DNA from: an uncultured virus (IMG/VR IMGVR_UViG_3300020207_000005)
Lineage: Duplodnaviria > Heunggongvirae > Uroviricota > Caudoviricetes
Length of the DNA stretch: 64,000 nt
Virus record (IMG/VR): IMGVR_UViG_3300020207_000005
Reading direction: 5' to 3' (one strand)
This document shows, one piece after another, positions 17,501 through 27,338 of this stretch (positions are counted from its first letter, which is position 1; every line of letters begins with the position of its first letter). The notes beneath the pieces are model-generated. The model had not been told where the DNA came from and ran no database searches. It saw nothing but the letters and a program-made list of their open reading frames with translations. Position numbers and translations under genes: made by a program.

Positions 17501-17946
17501 TATCCTTCCTTAGTCATTTTCCAATCACCATCATTATTTACCCAAGCACAAGCTTTTCGTAAACCAGATGTACTGAACCTATGGTCACGTTTATTAAAGA
17601 ACAATTCTATATCTCTTTTACGACAAATATCCTTTCCTGTAAATTCTTTATCTCTATACTCTTCACCTAAAATACGAACGTGAATTGTATATAGCTCTAA
17701 TATATCTATCAAGTCTTGTTCTGTTTTATAAGGAATAATTTCATCAACATATCTTACAGCTTTGAGTTGAGTATATCTTTCAACTACTGATTGTATAGGT
17801 GGGTTCTTTTCTTTTGGTCTGTCTATTGATGGGTCAATCTGTAATCCTACCATTAAATAATCACACTGAGATTTTGCATCTCTTAACATTTGTACATGGC
17901 CAGCATGAAGCAGGTCAAATGTACTACATGTAAATCCAATTTTCAT
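17500..17946 (-). CDS. Glycerol-3-phosphate cytidylyltransferase-like (TagD family) nucleotidyltransferase
   Basis: FDLLHAGH (HxGH) motif, VGLQ.D, VDEIIPY and R.HRFSTS.LR. Confidence 0.85.
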   Translation of the reverse strand: MKIGFTCSTFDLLHAGHVQMLRDAKSQCDYLMVGLQIDPSIDRPKEKNPPIQSVVERYTQLKAVRYVDEIIPYKTEQDLIDILELYTIHVRILGEEYRDKEFTGKDICRKRDIELFFNKRDHRFSTSGLRKACAWVNNDGDWKMTKEG

Positions 17947-17965
17947 AATATTGTATTCCTAAAAT

Positions 17966-18781
17966 TTAGCTGGGTTCAGTATCGGATATTTGTTTGATAT
18001 AATCCCAGTCGTCATCAAAATCAATTAAACTATAATCAACAGTCAATTCAGGGTCTGTTGTTGGTTCGTTATTAGCAGTCATTCCAGGTTGAATTGTTTG
18101 GAACTCCTCAGGAGTTGTATTTGAAGTAACATCAGTATGATAACGAGTATCGATAAACTTGATAATTCCTTTCTCTTTTTCTGGTCCAAAGAACCAACCT
18201 TTCATTGTAAAGCTTAAAGTATATAATATAGAACGTCTCTCTTCAAAAGAACCCTCATAGATGTCCTCTGTAGTCACTCCGTTTAATATTAAAGGAATGT
18301 CTATTGGTTCTAATCCGGTAATAATTCGAGCAGTTCTGGTGTAATCTGGATTAAAGAAAGGTAAAATCTGTTCCATTATTTTTACCGCATCTTCTTGGTA
18401 TTTTGTCATAATATAAAGCTGAAATTCCATGTTATATGGAACACCAGCATAGTGAAACTTTCTTCCACTTATATCATCAGATACTACATTTTTTCTTATC
18501 TTAGTAATAGGAGATATTTTACGTTCTGCATCATAACTCATTCCTGTCATTTCAAACGACATACGAGGAAGAGTAATCGCAGACTTTGCTTTAAAATCTG
18601 GATTCTGTTCTAACCTTGCAAGTATCTTTTGGAATGGTGCATAAGAGATAGGAACAATCATTGATTGTTGTGTTACTCCACCATTGTCTACACGCTTCAC
18701 TTCAAGTTGATTAAAGTACGTACCAAATAGTGCTACGTATTTTCTTAAAGTTGCGTTATAAAAATAATTTGCAATTGCCAT
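17966..18781 (-). CDS. gp15: Tail sheath stabilizer/terminator (T4 gp15)
   Basis: FGTYFN, VPISYAP.QK.LARL, LPRMSFEM and EQILPFFNP. Confidence 0.95.
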   Translation of the reverse strand: MAIANYFYNATLRKYVALFGTYFNQLEVKRVDNGGVTQQSMIVPISYAPFQKILARLEQNPDFKAKSAITLPRMSFEMTGMSYDAERKISPITKIRKNVVSDDISGRKFHYAGVPYNMEFQLYIMTKYQEDAVKIMEQILPFFNPDYTRTARIITGLEPIDIPLILNGVTTEDIYEGSFEERRSILYTLSFTMKGWFFGPEKEKGIIKFIDTRYHTDVTSNTTPEEFQTIQPGMTANNEPTTDPELTVDYSLIDFDDDWDYIKQISDTEPS

Positions 18782-19470
18782 TATGTGTCGCTAATATTAA
18801 TGTTTTCAGTGAATGGGTCACTCTCTGAGAAATCAAGAATATTATCTCCTTCCGTTTCAAAAGTGTAGTTCCTCGCTAATGCATCACTACCATCAGCTTC
18901 TGTATTTGCGAGTGCTTGTAATGTTGTAGTACCTGTAGTGTCAATCTTATCGAAGTAATCATCAATGTTCTCATATCCGGTTTCCATTCTTTGACCAGAG
19001 TATTCGATTAATTCACATCTCATATCAAATACTTGTAAAGAACCGTTTTGATAGAATACGCTTTCGTGTTCTGTAAATTTGATTTCAAACATCTTTTCGT
19101 TGAGAGGGAAATAAATTAAATCACCTTCACGCGGTCGAATAATATCTTCTGTCTCGCGGGTGACGAAACGTTCGAACGTACGATTTGCTACTGAGAATGT
19201 AACTTGGTCTCTGATTTGTAAACCGAATTTAGAAAGGAAATCACCTTCACCTTCAAATCCATCAACACTCTTAACATAAGCTTCGAATTGAAAGACTTTA
19301 TTATATAATGGTAAATCATCTTCATTGAAAACTCTATCAATAGCACCAAAGTCTCTAGCGATGTATATAACATCGACACCATACATTTTGATACTTTCAA
19401 TTACGAGGTCATCAATTAATTGTTGCTCGTTGAAGTTATCGTAATTTCTGAAGAATACATTTGTTGCCAT
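18781..19470 (-). CDS. gp14: Neck protein (T4 gp14)
   Basis: EQQLIDDLVIESIKMYG, FLSKFGLQIRD, RPREGDLIYFP and DFSESDPF. Confidence 0.95.
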   Translation of the reverse strand: MATNVFFRNYDNFNEQQLIDDLVIESIKMYGVDVIYIARDFGAIDRVFNEDDLPLYNKVFQFEAYVKSVDGFEGEGDFLSKFGLQIRDQVTFSVANRTFERFVTRETEDIIRPREGDLIYFPLNEKMFEIKFTEHESVFYQNGSLQVFDMRCELIEYSGQRMETGYENIDDYFDKIDTTGTTTLQALANTEADGSDALARNYTFETEGDNILDFSESDPFTENINISDT

Positions 19471-19477
19471 TTAAACA

Positions 19478-20221
19478 TTACCCAATAAAGTTATAGGTGA
19501 GAGGCTGATAAGCTCTTATCGCTTCTTCTTCCATATTTCGTCTTTCTTCTCGTGCTTCTGATAAAATCTGTTCTCCGTTAAATGATACACCACCAACTAA
19601 TTGCATGTTGGTAAATTTAGTTAAGTTGAGTCCCCATTGCTCCCTCACTAAAACAGTCGCATAGTTTTGCAACCATCTGTCTCCCCAAACATCTGAGTAA
19701 GTAGCTGGGTCAATAACATCGTATGCTTCAATAATAACATATTCACCTACTGTCATAAATTCGTTATCAACATCGATATGTAATCTATTAACGTGTTTGT
19801 TATATCGAATCATCGGTTTTCCTACAAGGATTTCTTGTAAGAATTGAAGATGTGACATTGCCATATAATAGTTCTGAACATTATATCCTGTAATGTCTTG
19901 TATATTATTTAATACAAACTGATACTGAACATTAAAAATACCAGAACCAGTAGAAAGGTTTGTTGTAAGTGGGAAAATGCCTGAAATACCTAATAGACCT
20001 TGTGGTAAAGAAATATATCCATTATCTTTATCTTCTTGTGTAATCTGATGCTTTAAGTAAACGAGCTGACTTCCATTGTAGTGATAATCTCTCCAGAAAG
20101 AAACTGCTTCATCAACACGGTCTTCAACTTGTTCGTCCGACACATTTACTTCGATAACAGGCGCACCAATTTTTCGGAGGATATAATCTTTAAAAAGCTC
20201 TCTTGTATTTGGTATTGACAT
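19478..20221 (-). CDS. gp13: Neck protein (T4 gp13)
   Basis: YILRKIGAPVIEVNVSDEQVEDR, QWGLNLTKF and GGVSFNG. Confidence 0.95.
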   Translation of the reverse strand: MSIPNTRELFKDYILRKIGAPVIEVNVSDEQVEDRVDEAVSFWRDYHYNGSQLVYLKHQITQEDKDNGYISLPQGLLGISGIFPLTTNLSTGSGIFNVQYQFVLNNIQDITGYNVQNYYMAMSHLQFLQEILVGKPMIRYNKHVNRLHIDVDNEFMTVGEYVIIEAYDVIDPATYSDVWGDRWLQNYATVLVREQWGLNLTKFTNMQLVGGVSFNGEQILSEAREERRNMEEEAIRAYQPLTYNFIG

Positions 20222-20236
20222 ATTAATATTTATCCT

Positions 20237-21004
20237 TTAATAAGTTGCTTCCGCCCTTGCTTTGTTTTCAATGTCATACTTGAACAATAATGTATCATCG
20301 TAACCACCAATCGCTTTAACCCAACACTCAATTGTTTCTCTTGTGTTTAATCTTGAAGTTTCAGTTCCACCTGGTTGAGCATTACAGGTGTTGTTCATTC
20401 TTACTCTTATTCCAACACTATCTGTTGGTACATCGATTCCTGACTGACCACCAATGTTATGTAAAGTAGTCCAAGTATCATTCGTGTAAGAAGCAATTGT
20501 TGCAGGAGCTCCTGTACCAGCATAATGGTATGTATTCATGGTGAAAGTGCGCGTGGTGACACCTATATCTGCTAATGTAGAAGAACTATGAACAACTTTA
20601 ATTTGGTCAGCGGGACCTGGATAAGTTTCACCTGATACTGCAGAATCATTTGAATAATGAATACGAGAACTATTAGTTGCAATATTACCCGCTACGTTTG
20701 CAGTCGTATAATATTGGAAAGTTGTAGTGGTATTGGAACCAGTTGCACCACTTCCGTTGTTAGTTGTTCTAACACTCAATCCACCAAGAATTGTATCATA
20801 GAAAAAGTCTAAAATAACATCTGAATCTGCACTCGCTGGTTGGTCTTGTCTAAACCCAAAGAAGTCTGTTATAACAGTTTTTGAAGGTGATTCTCTATCT
20901 AAAATTGATTCACCAGATGTTGGATAATCATTTCCTCCAACACCTCCACTGCCGGCAGTATTCTTACTTCCGATAATTAAATTTTGTGTATGTGGTAATC
21001 CCAT
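20237..21004 (-). CDS. Hypothetical T/S/G-rich putative virion protein
   Basis: Late cluster; beta-rich composition. Confidence 0.65.
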   Translation of the reverse strand: MGLPHTQNLIIGSKNTAGSGGVGGNDYPTSGESILDRESPSKTVITDFFGFRQDQPASADSDVILDFFYDTILGGLSVRTTNNGSGATGSNTTTTFQYYTTANVAGNIATNSSRIHYSNDSAVSGETYPGPADQIKVVHSSSTLADIGVTTRTFTMNTYHYAGTGAPATIASYTNDTWTTLHNIGGQSGIDVPTDSVGIRVRMNNTCNAQPGGTETSRLNTRETIECWVKAIGGYDDTLLFKYDIENKARAEATY

Positions 21005-21012
21005 ATTATCCT

Positions 21013-21849
21013 CTATGCTGTTCCGTTAATTTCACATTCATAGTACCCAGTAGCAACTATGTTCGAACCATTTGAATCAGAAGCAATTTCAACTTTAAAA
21101 ACTGAAATAAGCGTACCTACCGAATTTCGTGGTCCAGCAACATCGTATCTAGCATATCTAGATGAAGTTAATGCATTCCAAGTATTTAATGGAGCACTCG
21201 CACTCGTATCTAATCCCACACCTTGTGAAGTATCGTGGTTACTGAATCTTATGTAATATGTTTGTGATGGTGTAATATTATTCCACTTAGATGTACTCCA
21301 AGTCCATAAACCAGTATTACCATAAACAGAACCATTTGTATATCTTTTTATGTTACCATCACTAGTAAACTGATATCCGTAAATGCAATCTGCACTTGCT
21401 GGCATAGTAGTCATAAACGTACTTTGTGGACTACTAGAAGTTCCATGAAGAGTTACCGATTCTGAAGGAGTTATATCAGTGTAACCTACTGCAGCTGCAC
21501 GTATATCATTACTATCTGCGTAAAAGAATGTAATGTGCCAGTGTTGAAAGTCACTCCAAGTTGGTGTAGTATTATTTTCCCAATTTACATTGCTTGAAAA
21601 TGTTGGAGTATGTGAAGAATTTGTTGTATCTAAAAGTAAAGTCGCAGTTAAACCAGGTGCACCATTCGACTCGGTGAATGTTTCATTTTGAGTCATAGTA
21701 CACGTCATCATAGTCGTAGTGAAGTTGATGTTGTTCGTAGTATCAGTTGCAACTGCATGCAAATCAGTATATTTACCAATGGTATCGGCAACGTTTAATA
21801 ACTGAAAGTCATCAGCAATTACTGTTGTGTTAGAAATCTTAACAGCCAT
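21013..21849 (-). CDS. Putative fibre/adhesin-like virion protein (paralog 3)
   Basis: Shares the N-terminal MA(V/I)K and LLLD....PTF...W....P.W....W.I.F...RA.A.G block with 22048..22854 and 22864..23811. Confidence 0.7.
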   Translation of the reverse strand: MAVKISNTTVIADDFQLLNVADTIGKYTDLHAVATDTTNNINFTTTMMTCTMTQNETFTESNGAPGLTATLLLDTTNSSHTPTFSSNVNWENNTTPTWSDFQHWHITFFYADSNDIRAAAVGYTDITPSESVTLHGTSSSPQSTFMTTMPASADCIYGYQFTSDGNIKRYTNGSVYGNTGLWTWSTSKWNNITPSQTYYIRFSNHDTSQGVGLDTSASAPLNTWNALTSSRYARYDVAGPRNSVGTLISVFKVEIASDSNGSNIVATGYYECEINGTA

Positions 21850-22037
21850 TATTCACTTCCTCTTAATACATTTGTAATAAAATTCTGACACTCTGCAGTA
21901 TCTAGTTCGTTATTTGCATGATAAGGCATTGTTTTGAATACTTCAATAATCTCGTTATTAGCATTCTTTGTATAGAATTGCCTTATAACCACTCCGCCTT
22001 GTTGTATTACGTCGTGTTTTGGTGTTGGTATATCCAT
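21849..22037 (-). CDS. Small hypothetical protein
   Basis: 62 aa; TAATG overlap with the downstream gene; RBS AGGA. Confidence 0.6.
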   Translation of the reverse strand: MDIPTPKHDVIQQGGVVIRQFYTKNANNEIIEVFKTMPYHANNELDTAECQNFITNVLRGSE

Positions 22038-22047
22038 TCTTTATTCC

Positions 22048-22854
22048 TTAAAATAGTGCATCGACGCTTAATGTCGCAGTACATGTGTCTATAACAGATT
22101 GGGTTGTAGCGTCTCTAATTGAAAGAGTACCTGAAACTGAGTGAACATTTCCTTCACCTATATCATCATCTTCTATTACCCAAGTTCTCGTAGTACCTAA
22201 ATTTAACCAGGTTCCAAGTCCAGGATTCGTTGTTAATTTACTTGTAGCGCCTGTTCCGTCCCACTTAATGTCATAATCTGAAGCACTTCCTGAAGCTAAC
22301 CACGTCCTACTTATTAATCCAGAAGAACCACCGCTACCAGTACTACCACTACTGTTAGTGTTCATAGTACCATCATTGTTCATATTAAATCTACATACTG
22401 CTTCTGCGAATTGACCTGAAGCACTTACATATGAGGTAAAGTTAGCTCCTAAATCAACATTTGCCGCATTTGTTCCAGCACCCGAATATCCTGTTGCAAT
22501 CGCTCTTACAGTTGTGTTATCCCATGCAGTAAAACAAACTTGCCAATATCTTGTTCCTGTCCAAGAAGGTTCAGTTTCTTCTGGCCACCCTGTCCCCGAA
22601 GGAAAAGTAGGTGCATACCCATCAGAACTTAAATCTAAAAGTAATACACATTGTTTTCCTGTTGCAATATTTGAAAATGTAAATGTAGTTGCTGCACCTA
22701 GTACCTTTGTTTGTAGAGGTACATCCATGTCGATAGTAGTTCCAATAGCTTGTCCATCTGGAAATAAATCACTGTATACTCCAGTAGCATTAACAATATT
22801 ACTTAATGCATATCCGTTTGATAATACTTCTACTGTGTCTACTTTAATTGCCAT
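22048..22854 (-). CDS. Putative fibre/adhesin-like virion protein (paralog 2)
   Basis: Shared N-terminal domain, unrelated C-terminal domain. Confidence 0.7.
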   Translation of the reverse strand: MAIKVDTVEVLSNGYALSNIVNATGVYSDLFPDGQAIGTTIDMDVPLQTKVLGAATTFTFSNIATGKQCVLLLDLSSDGYAPTFPSGTGWPEETEPSWTGTRYWQVCFTAWDNTTVRAIATGYSGAGTNAANVDLGANFTSYVSASGQFAEAVCRFNMNNDGTMNTNSSGSTGSGGSSGLISRTWLASGSASDYDIKWDGTGATSKLTTNPGLGTWLNLGTTRTWVIEDDDIGEGNVHSVSGTLSIRDATTQSVIDTCTATLSVDALF

Positions 22855-22863
22855 ATTAATATC

Positions 22864-23811
22864 CTATTTTGTAGGTTGGTCAGCATTTTGAGCTCGCAAA
22901 GTAATATTTCCCATTTCACAAGTTGAATAGAAAGTTCCTTCATTAGCAACAATTTTAATTCTTAAATCTGGGTTTGCTGATTGCATATTCCCCGATACGT
23001 ATGTGTCGTCACCATCATTTAATGCCATCGCAGACCAACCAAATCTTACGTATCCTGACATGTTATAATAAGTACCAGAATTGTATCCGTCACTCACTGG
23101 AGTTGGTCCAAAACTATATTGGTTAGCATTACATTCAGAACCACCACATGACTGTGATTGTACATTATATTGTACTTGAACTCCCGTAGTAGCATCAATT
23201 CCAGTTAACCCAGTATAATTTAAGTACGTATATTGTGTTGATGACATAGCACTTGAATCACCACTCCAAGCTCCTATTTTAATTCTGTTGTTTACATCAT
23301 CTCTTTCGAAATCTACTGCGCACCAACATTCTGCGTAATTTGGGGATGAAAAGAAATTAAAAGTTTCAAAATTAGAATCTAATAGGAATTGTTGCGGAAC
23401 GTTTGACTGTGGTGTACCAGCATCTGTAAAACCTAGTGCTGTTGCTCTTACAACTGTGTTACCCCAGCATATAAATGATATTACCCAGTGTCTATAACCA
23501 GACCACGTTGGTGTACCATTAGGAAATTCTACGTTAGATGAAAATGTTGGTGTATAACCAGATGCGCTGGTATCGATATAAAGTACTTTATCTCTACCAA
23601 TTATTTTGTTTGATTCTGAGAATGTTGTATCCCCAGTCATAGTGGCTTTACTAACACGAGCACCAGAAAAATCTAGTGTTGCAGTTCCTGTTATATTGCC
23701 TAAATCTGAATGTTCAGGTCTAAAGTCTCCGAACGAGCCTGAAAAACCTTCTAAATTTGATATGTTTCTACTATTATCAATAATAGTAGTACCGCCGACT
23801 TTAATCGCCAT
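22864..23811 (-). CDS. Putative fibre/adhesin-like virion protein (paralog 1)
   Basis: MAIKVGGTTIIDNSRN start; late promoter at 23859-23866. Confidence 0.7.
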   Translation of the reverse strand: MAIKVGGTTIIDNSRNISNLEGFSGSFGDFRPEHSDLGNITGTATLDFSGARVSKATMTGDTTFSESNKIIGRDKVLYIDTSASGYTPTFSSNVEFPNGTPTWSGYRHWVISFICWGNTVVRATALGFTDAGTPQSNVPQQFLLDSNFETFNFFSSPNYAECWCAVDFERDDVNNRIKIGAWSGDSSAMSSTQYTYLNYTGLTGIDATTGVQVQYNVQSQSCGGSECNANQYSFGPTPVSDGYNSGTYYNMSGYVRFGWSAMALNDGDDTYVSGNMQSANPDLRIKIVANEGTFYSTCEMGNITLRAQNADQPTK

Positions 23812-23866
23812 CTTCGTCTCCTGACTATTAGCGTGTTAAACTTAATTTTATATAAGTCTATTTATA

Positions 23867-24619
23867 CTAATCACGACGTTCGATGTCATCTTCTGTAAGA
23901 TTATCTCCTAACCAAACTTCAATTACTTTAGCAGTTTCTGTACCTACATTGATTGCTTTATGCCACGTATTTACTGGAATATCTATACTTTGACCTTTAC
24001 GATATGTTTTAATTTCTTTATCGCCATTAGCAAATTCTAATCTCATTTCAATTTCACCTTGTACGACATGCCAGTGTTCTGACCTATCGAAGTGTCTTTG
24101 GTCACTAAGACTATTTCCTACGTCAAATGCGAGTTCTTTAACTTGCCATGAACCATTTGTATCTAAAACAGTATATGTTCCCCATGCTCTTTGTACTGTA
24201 GGTTGAGACCATTCTTTAAGAATCCAACTACTTGAGTTCTTTTTATCTTCACCACCTACACCAAATTCAAAGACAACATCATCGAACACCATTTCTGGTA
24301 TGTTATCTTTTGTTCTATCACCACCATTAGCGAATATAATCTTATCGTTAGGATATTTTTCTTTAACTTGTTTGATAGCATCAATTGCTGTGCCATCTGA
24401 ATCATCAAATGCGATTACTTCATCTACACTTGCTAATCCTTTTATAATTTCAGAGCGTTCTTCCCAAGGCATGAACTCTCTTCCTTTCTTTCTTCTTAAC
24501 CAATCATCTGAATTTACACCTACAACTAAACGTGTACCATAACATGATGCATCTTTTAAATAAGCAACATGGCCCGAATGTATTGGGTCAAATCCACCTG
24601 TCACTATCACTGTAATCAT
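23867..24619 (-). CDS. Cytidylyltransferase-like nucleotidyltransferase fused to a C-terminal cupin (mannose-6-phosphate isomerase type II-like)
   Basis: TGGFDPIHSGH, FANGGDR and NSSSWIL, then RAWGTY.VL, LSDQRH..RSEHWHVV.G and EDDIER. Confidence 0.85.
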   Translation of the reverse strand: MITVIVTGGFDPIHSGHVAYLKDASCYGTRLVVGVNSDDWLRRKKGREFMPWEERSEIIKGLASVDEVIAFDDSDGTAIDAIKQVKEKYPNDKIIFANGGDRTKDNIPEMVFDDVVFEFGVGGEDKKNSSSWILKEWSQPTVQRAWGTYTVLDTNGSWQVKELAFDVGNSLSDQRHFDRSEHWHVVQGEIEMRLEFANGDKEIKTYRKGQSIDIPVNTWHKAINVGTETAKVIEVWLGDNLTEDDIERRD

Positions 24620-25881
24620 ATCTCTAAACTATTCTCCTCTGTTAAAGGTTCCATAAAATAATCCCACACAAAATTTATTCTATCTTGAGGGGTTGCCATT
24701 GCTCTAGGAAACTCTACAACGGCTGGGTGAATATACCAATCTTCATAGGCATGTTCGGGATGGAATCCTAAATCACTTACTACTAGAACATATCCATGCT
24801 CCTTTAGTAATTCACGAGCTCTATCTCTGTTATCATTTCCTAATCTATAAGCGTCATGTTCAAATGTAATCACTCCAAATTTATGTTTATCGAAAGGAAT
24901 ATTTTCTAATATCTGTAATGAAACATCATCACAATCAACTTGTAAATAATCTATAACTGGGTCAATACAGTGTTTTGCAAATAAGTCTTCAAAACCTATG
25001 TCTGTAGCATCAGCACAAATTACTGTATTATTTCTTTCTTCTTTAAAAGCACAACACAATCCTGGGTCATTATCGATTGAAATACCTTTCCAACCAAATC
25101 CAGATTCTAGTAAGTATGTATTGTTATGTGTAATAGGTTCACCTGAACCAATCTCTAAATAAGTACCATTTCTCTTTCCTTTAAAAGCAGTAAGTACAAA
25201 AAGGTCTTGAAAGTGTTTAGAATAATTTCTCATTACGCCTTGCAAGCCTGGGAAAGGATATTTAAATCTAGGTTCATCATGCTTTTTATAAGGAATAGTA
25301 TCTGGATAGAATATTTGACTTAACATCTTATCTACCTTTCCAGAAACAAAATCATCAGTCCAAACTTTATATTTTAAATCAAAGAGTTTATGCTTTCCAG
25401 TTTGTTGACCAGCAATATACCATGTTGCAATAGTATTATAAAAAGCCATATAGGTTCTTCCAGGATATTGGTCACCAATATAATCAAGTTTAGGTAATAC
25501 TGTTTCAGCTTTAAGTCCAGCATTTGAATGATATAAAGAATGTTTATGTCGTGATTGTTCAGAATACATCCTTGCTAAAAAGTAATGAGCTTCTGGTCTG
25601 TCTGGCATTAAAGCAGCTGCATCTAAGAAAGCACCTTCAACAGTAAATGTTCTTCCTCCTTGTCTCTCATAAGATAAACCAATTCCACATAGACATTTAT
25701 ATTGTAATAATCTATCTTCTGTTAAATCAGCAGTCTTAAGAAACAAAGATACTGACATAGCACCTTGACCTAATCTATCGTATTCTTTCGCTAACTCAAA
25801 TAATTTCTCTGGATTTTTTGGGTCCAGTATATGAGTTTCTAATAGTTCTTGTAATTGGTGCATCTTATCCTCTCTGTACAA
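24616..25881 (-). CDS. TPR-repeat plus FkbM-like methyltransferase fusion
   Basis: N-terminal TPR-like helices (P.RPEAHYFLAR); C-terminal QDLFV...NGTYLEIGS...NNTYLLE..FGWKGISID, IDYLQVD and ITFEHD. Confidence 0.8.
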   Translation of the reverse strand: MYREDKMHQLQELLETHILDPKNPEKLFELAKEYDRLGQGAMSVSLFLKTADLTEDRLLQYKCLCGIGLSYERQGGRTFTVEGAFLDAAALMPDRPEAHYFLARMYSEQSRHKHSLYHSNAGLKAETVLPKLDYIGDQYPGRTYMAFYNTIATWYIAGQQTGKHKLFDLKYKVWTDDFVSGKVDKMLSQIFYPDTIPYKKHDEPRFKYPFPGLQGVMRNYSKHFQDLFVLTAFKGKRNGTYLEIGSGEPITHNNTYLLESGFGWKGISIDNDPGLCCAFKEERNNTVICADATDIGFEDLFAKHCIDPVIDYLQVDCDDVSLQILENIPFDKHKFGVITFEHDAYRLGNDNRDRARELLKEHGYVLVVSDLGFHPEHAYEDWYIHPAVVEFPRAMATPQDRINFVWDYFMEPLTEENSLEI

Positions 25882-26905
25882 ATTCCCACCAAAGTTTATC
25901 CGGCATTCTTAATAAGAACGTTCCGTTATCTTGGTATCCAAATACGATAATAACTTCTCCATTTAGAAAGGTCATACCCGTAGCAAATTCAATATTGTAA
26001 TCGTAACCTGTCGTAGGGTCCTTCTGAGTCCCTAAGAAGTGAAAGTCATCAGTATACTTAATAATATTCCAATCTTTATCCCAAATGATTACTCTATGGT
26101 TATAATGTCCGTCTTTTCTTGCAAAAATATCTTTACCTAAATCAACTTCGTGAGTAAGACACATATGCCTTCCATCACCAATAGGATACACTTGAGTACC
26201 ACCACGTAAATCACGTTTTATGTCAATTCTTTTTGTCTCGTCAAGATGAACTGTTTCAGTTGTTCTCGTATCAATATCATATTTTACAACTTCAGTTGGA
26301 TTACACCATTTCACAAAGTGCCAAGGCATATCAACAATTGGCATCCAGTTCTTTTCACAGAATGTTTTGTCTGGTGGAGGAGCTGGAACGGGATTACGAG
26401 ATACTTCTTGCCATATACCATCTATAAATTCTATTTCAGCCATATCCATTCGACCAGTACCTTGGTCATCATAACAATCTCTTCTTACACCACATAAGAA
26501 TAATCTATCTTCCCATGAAAATAATCTTCCATCTTCAAGTCCGATAAAATTCCATGTAGGTTCACCAGTATCTAAATTCATTTTAATACGATGAGGTGAA
26601 GTAGGAATCACATTAAAGTCAGTATCAAGCTCACACATAATATTGTGTGTTGTTAAAGATACATCGTTTTCTGGGTGAATATATTGAAGTGGTCCCCAAG
26701 TATGCGGGAACTTTTTACCTTCTGAGTGGTATAGTGTATAGTTTACGTGACGAACGTTTAATAAAATTTTCCCTCTATGTATGAATATAGAGGGATTCAT
26801 AATTCCTGTTTCGCCAGTAAGCTCTTTTGGTAGGATTATAGGTTTAATTGAGGCACCTCTTTTAAGTGCCCAATGTACTAAACCGTGACGGCGCAAATCA
26901 TGCAT
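25865..26905 (-). CDS. Five-bladed beta-propeller glycoside hydrolase/phosphorylase-like protein (GH130-like)
   Basis: NPSI, GLEDGRLF, EKNWMP, LRGGT and IEFATG motifs. Confidence 0.7.
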   Translation of the reverse strand: MHDLRRHGLVHWALKRGASIKPIILPKELTGETGIMNPSIFIHRGKILLNVRHVNYTLYHSEGKKFPHTWGPLQYIHPENDVSLTTHNIMCELDTDFNVIPTSPHRIKMNLDTGEPTWNFIGLEDGRLFSWEDRLFLCGVRRDCYDDQGTGRMDMAEIEFIDGIWQEVSRNPVPAPPPDKTFCEKNWMPIVDMPWHFVKWCNPTEVVKYDIDTRTTETVHLDETKRIDIKRDLRGGTQVYPIGDGRHMCLTHEVDLGKDIFARKDGHYNHRVIIWDKDWNIIKYTDDFHFLGTQKDPTTGYDYNIEFATGMTFLNGEVIIVFGYQDNGTFLLRMPDKLWWEFVQRG

Positions 26906-26943
26906 ATTTTCTCCATGATGTAAATCATTCTATTCTACGTGTT

Positions 26944-26972
26944 ATTATAACACAGTTTTATGTAAATGTCAA
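26944..26972 (-). promoter_or_regulatory. Sigma70-type promoter for the glycan-modification operon
   Basis: Minus-strand TTGACA (26972-26967), 17-bp spacer, TATAAT (26949-26944). Confidence 0.85.
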
Positions 26973-26989
26973 CTATTATTTATGATTTT

Positions 26990-27322
26990 TTAAGACCAAG
27001 GAACCTCGGTCATTACTTTACCGTATCTTTCTTTCTTAGCTAAAATCCTAGCATCAAAATCATCAACGTTATTTTGACCTATTTCAGCTGTTACCCAATT
27101 AAGAACTTGTTCTTCTGTGAGTGATTCAAATGCGATAAATGAAGATGATTCTAAAGCGTCAGTATTTAAAGCTGCAACACCGCCTATAGCAAATCTATTG
27201 CTATCATCATCTGTTCCGACTCTCTTGAATTGAACTTCTAAAACTGCTTTCGACAGCGTAACCCCGTTGGGGTCAACAACGTCTTTCGTATCGAGCCAGA
27301 GTATTTCCCAGGTGTAAGTCAT
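26990..27322 (-). CDS. Small fibre-associated protein (paralog of 27339..27767)
   Basis: MTYTWEI...FIAFESLTEEQVLNWV...PW, shared with the neighbour. Confidence 0.75.
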   Translation of the reverse strand: MTYTWEILWLDTKDVVDPNGVTLSKAVLEVQFKRVGTDDDSNRFAIGGVAALNTDALESSSFIAFESLTEEQVLNWVTAEIGQNNVDDFDARILAKKERYGKVMTEVPWS

Positions 27323-27338
27323 TGCTTATCTCCTGGGA

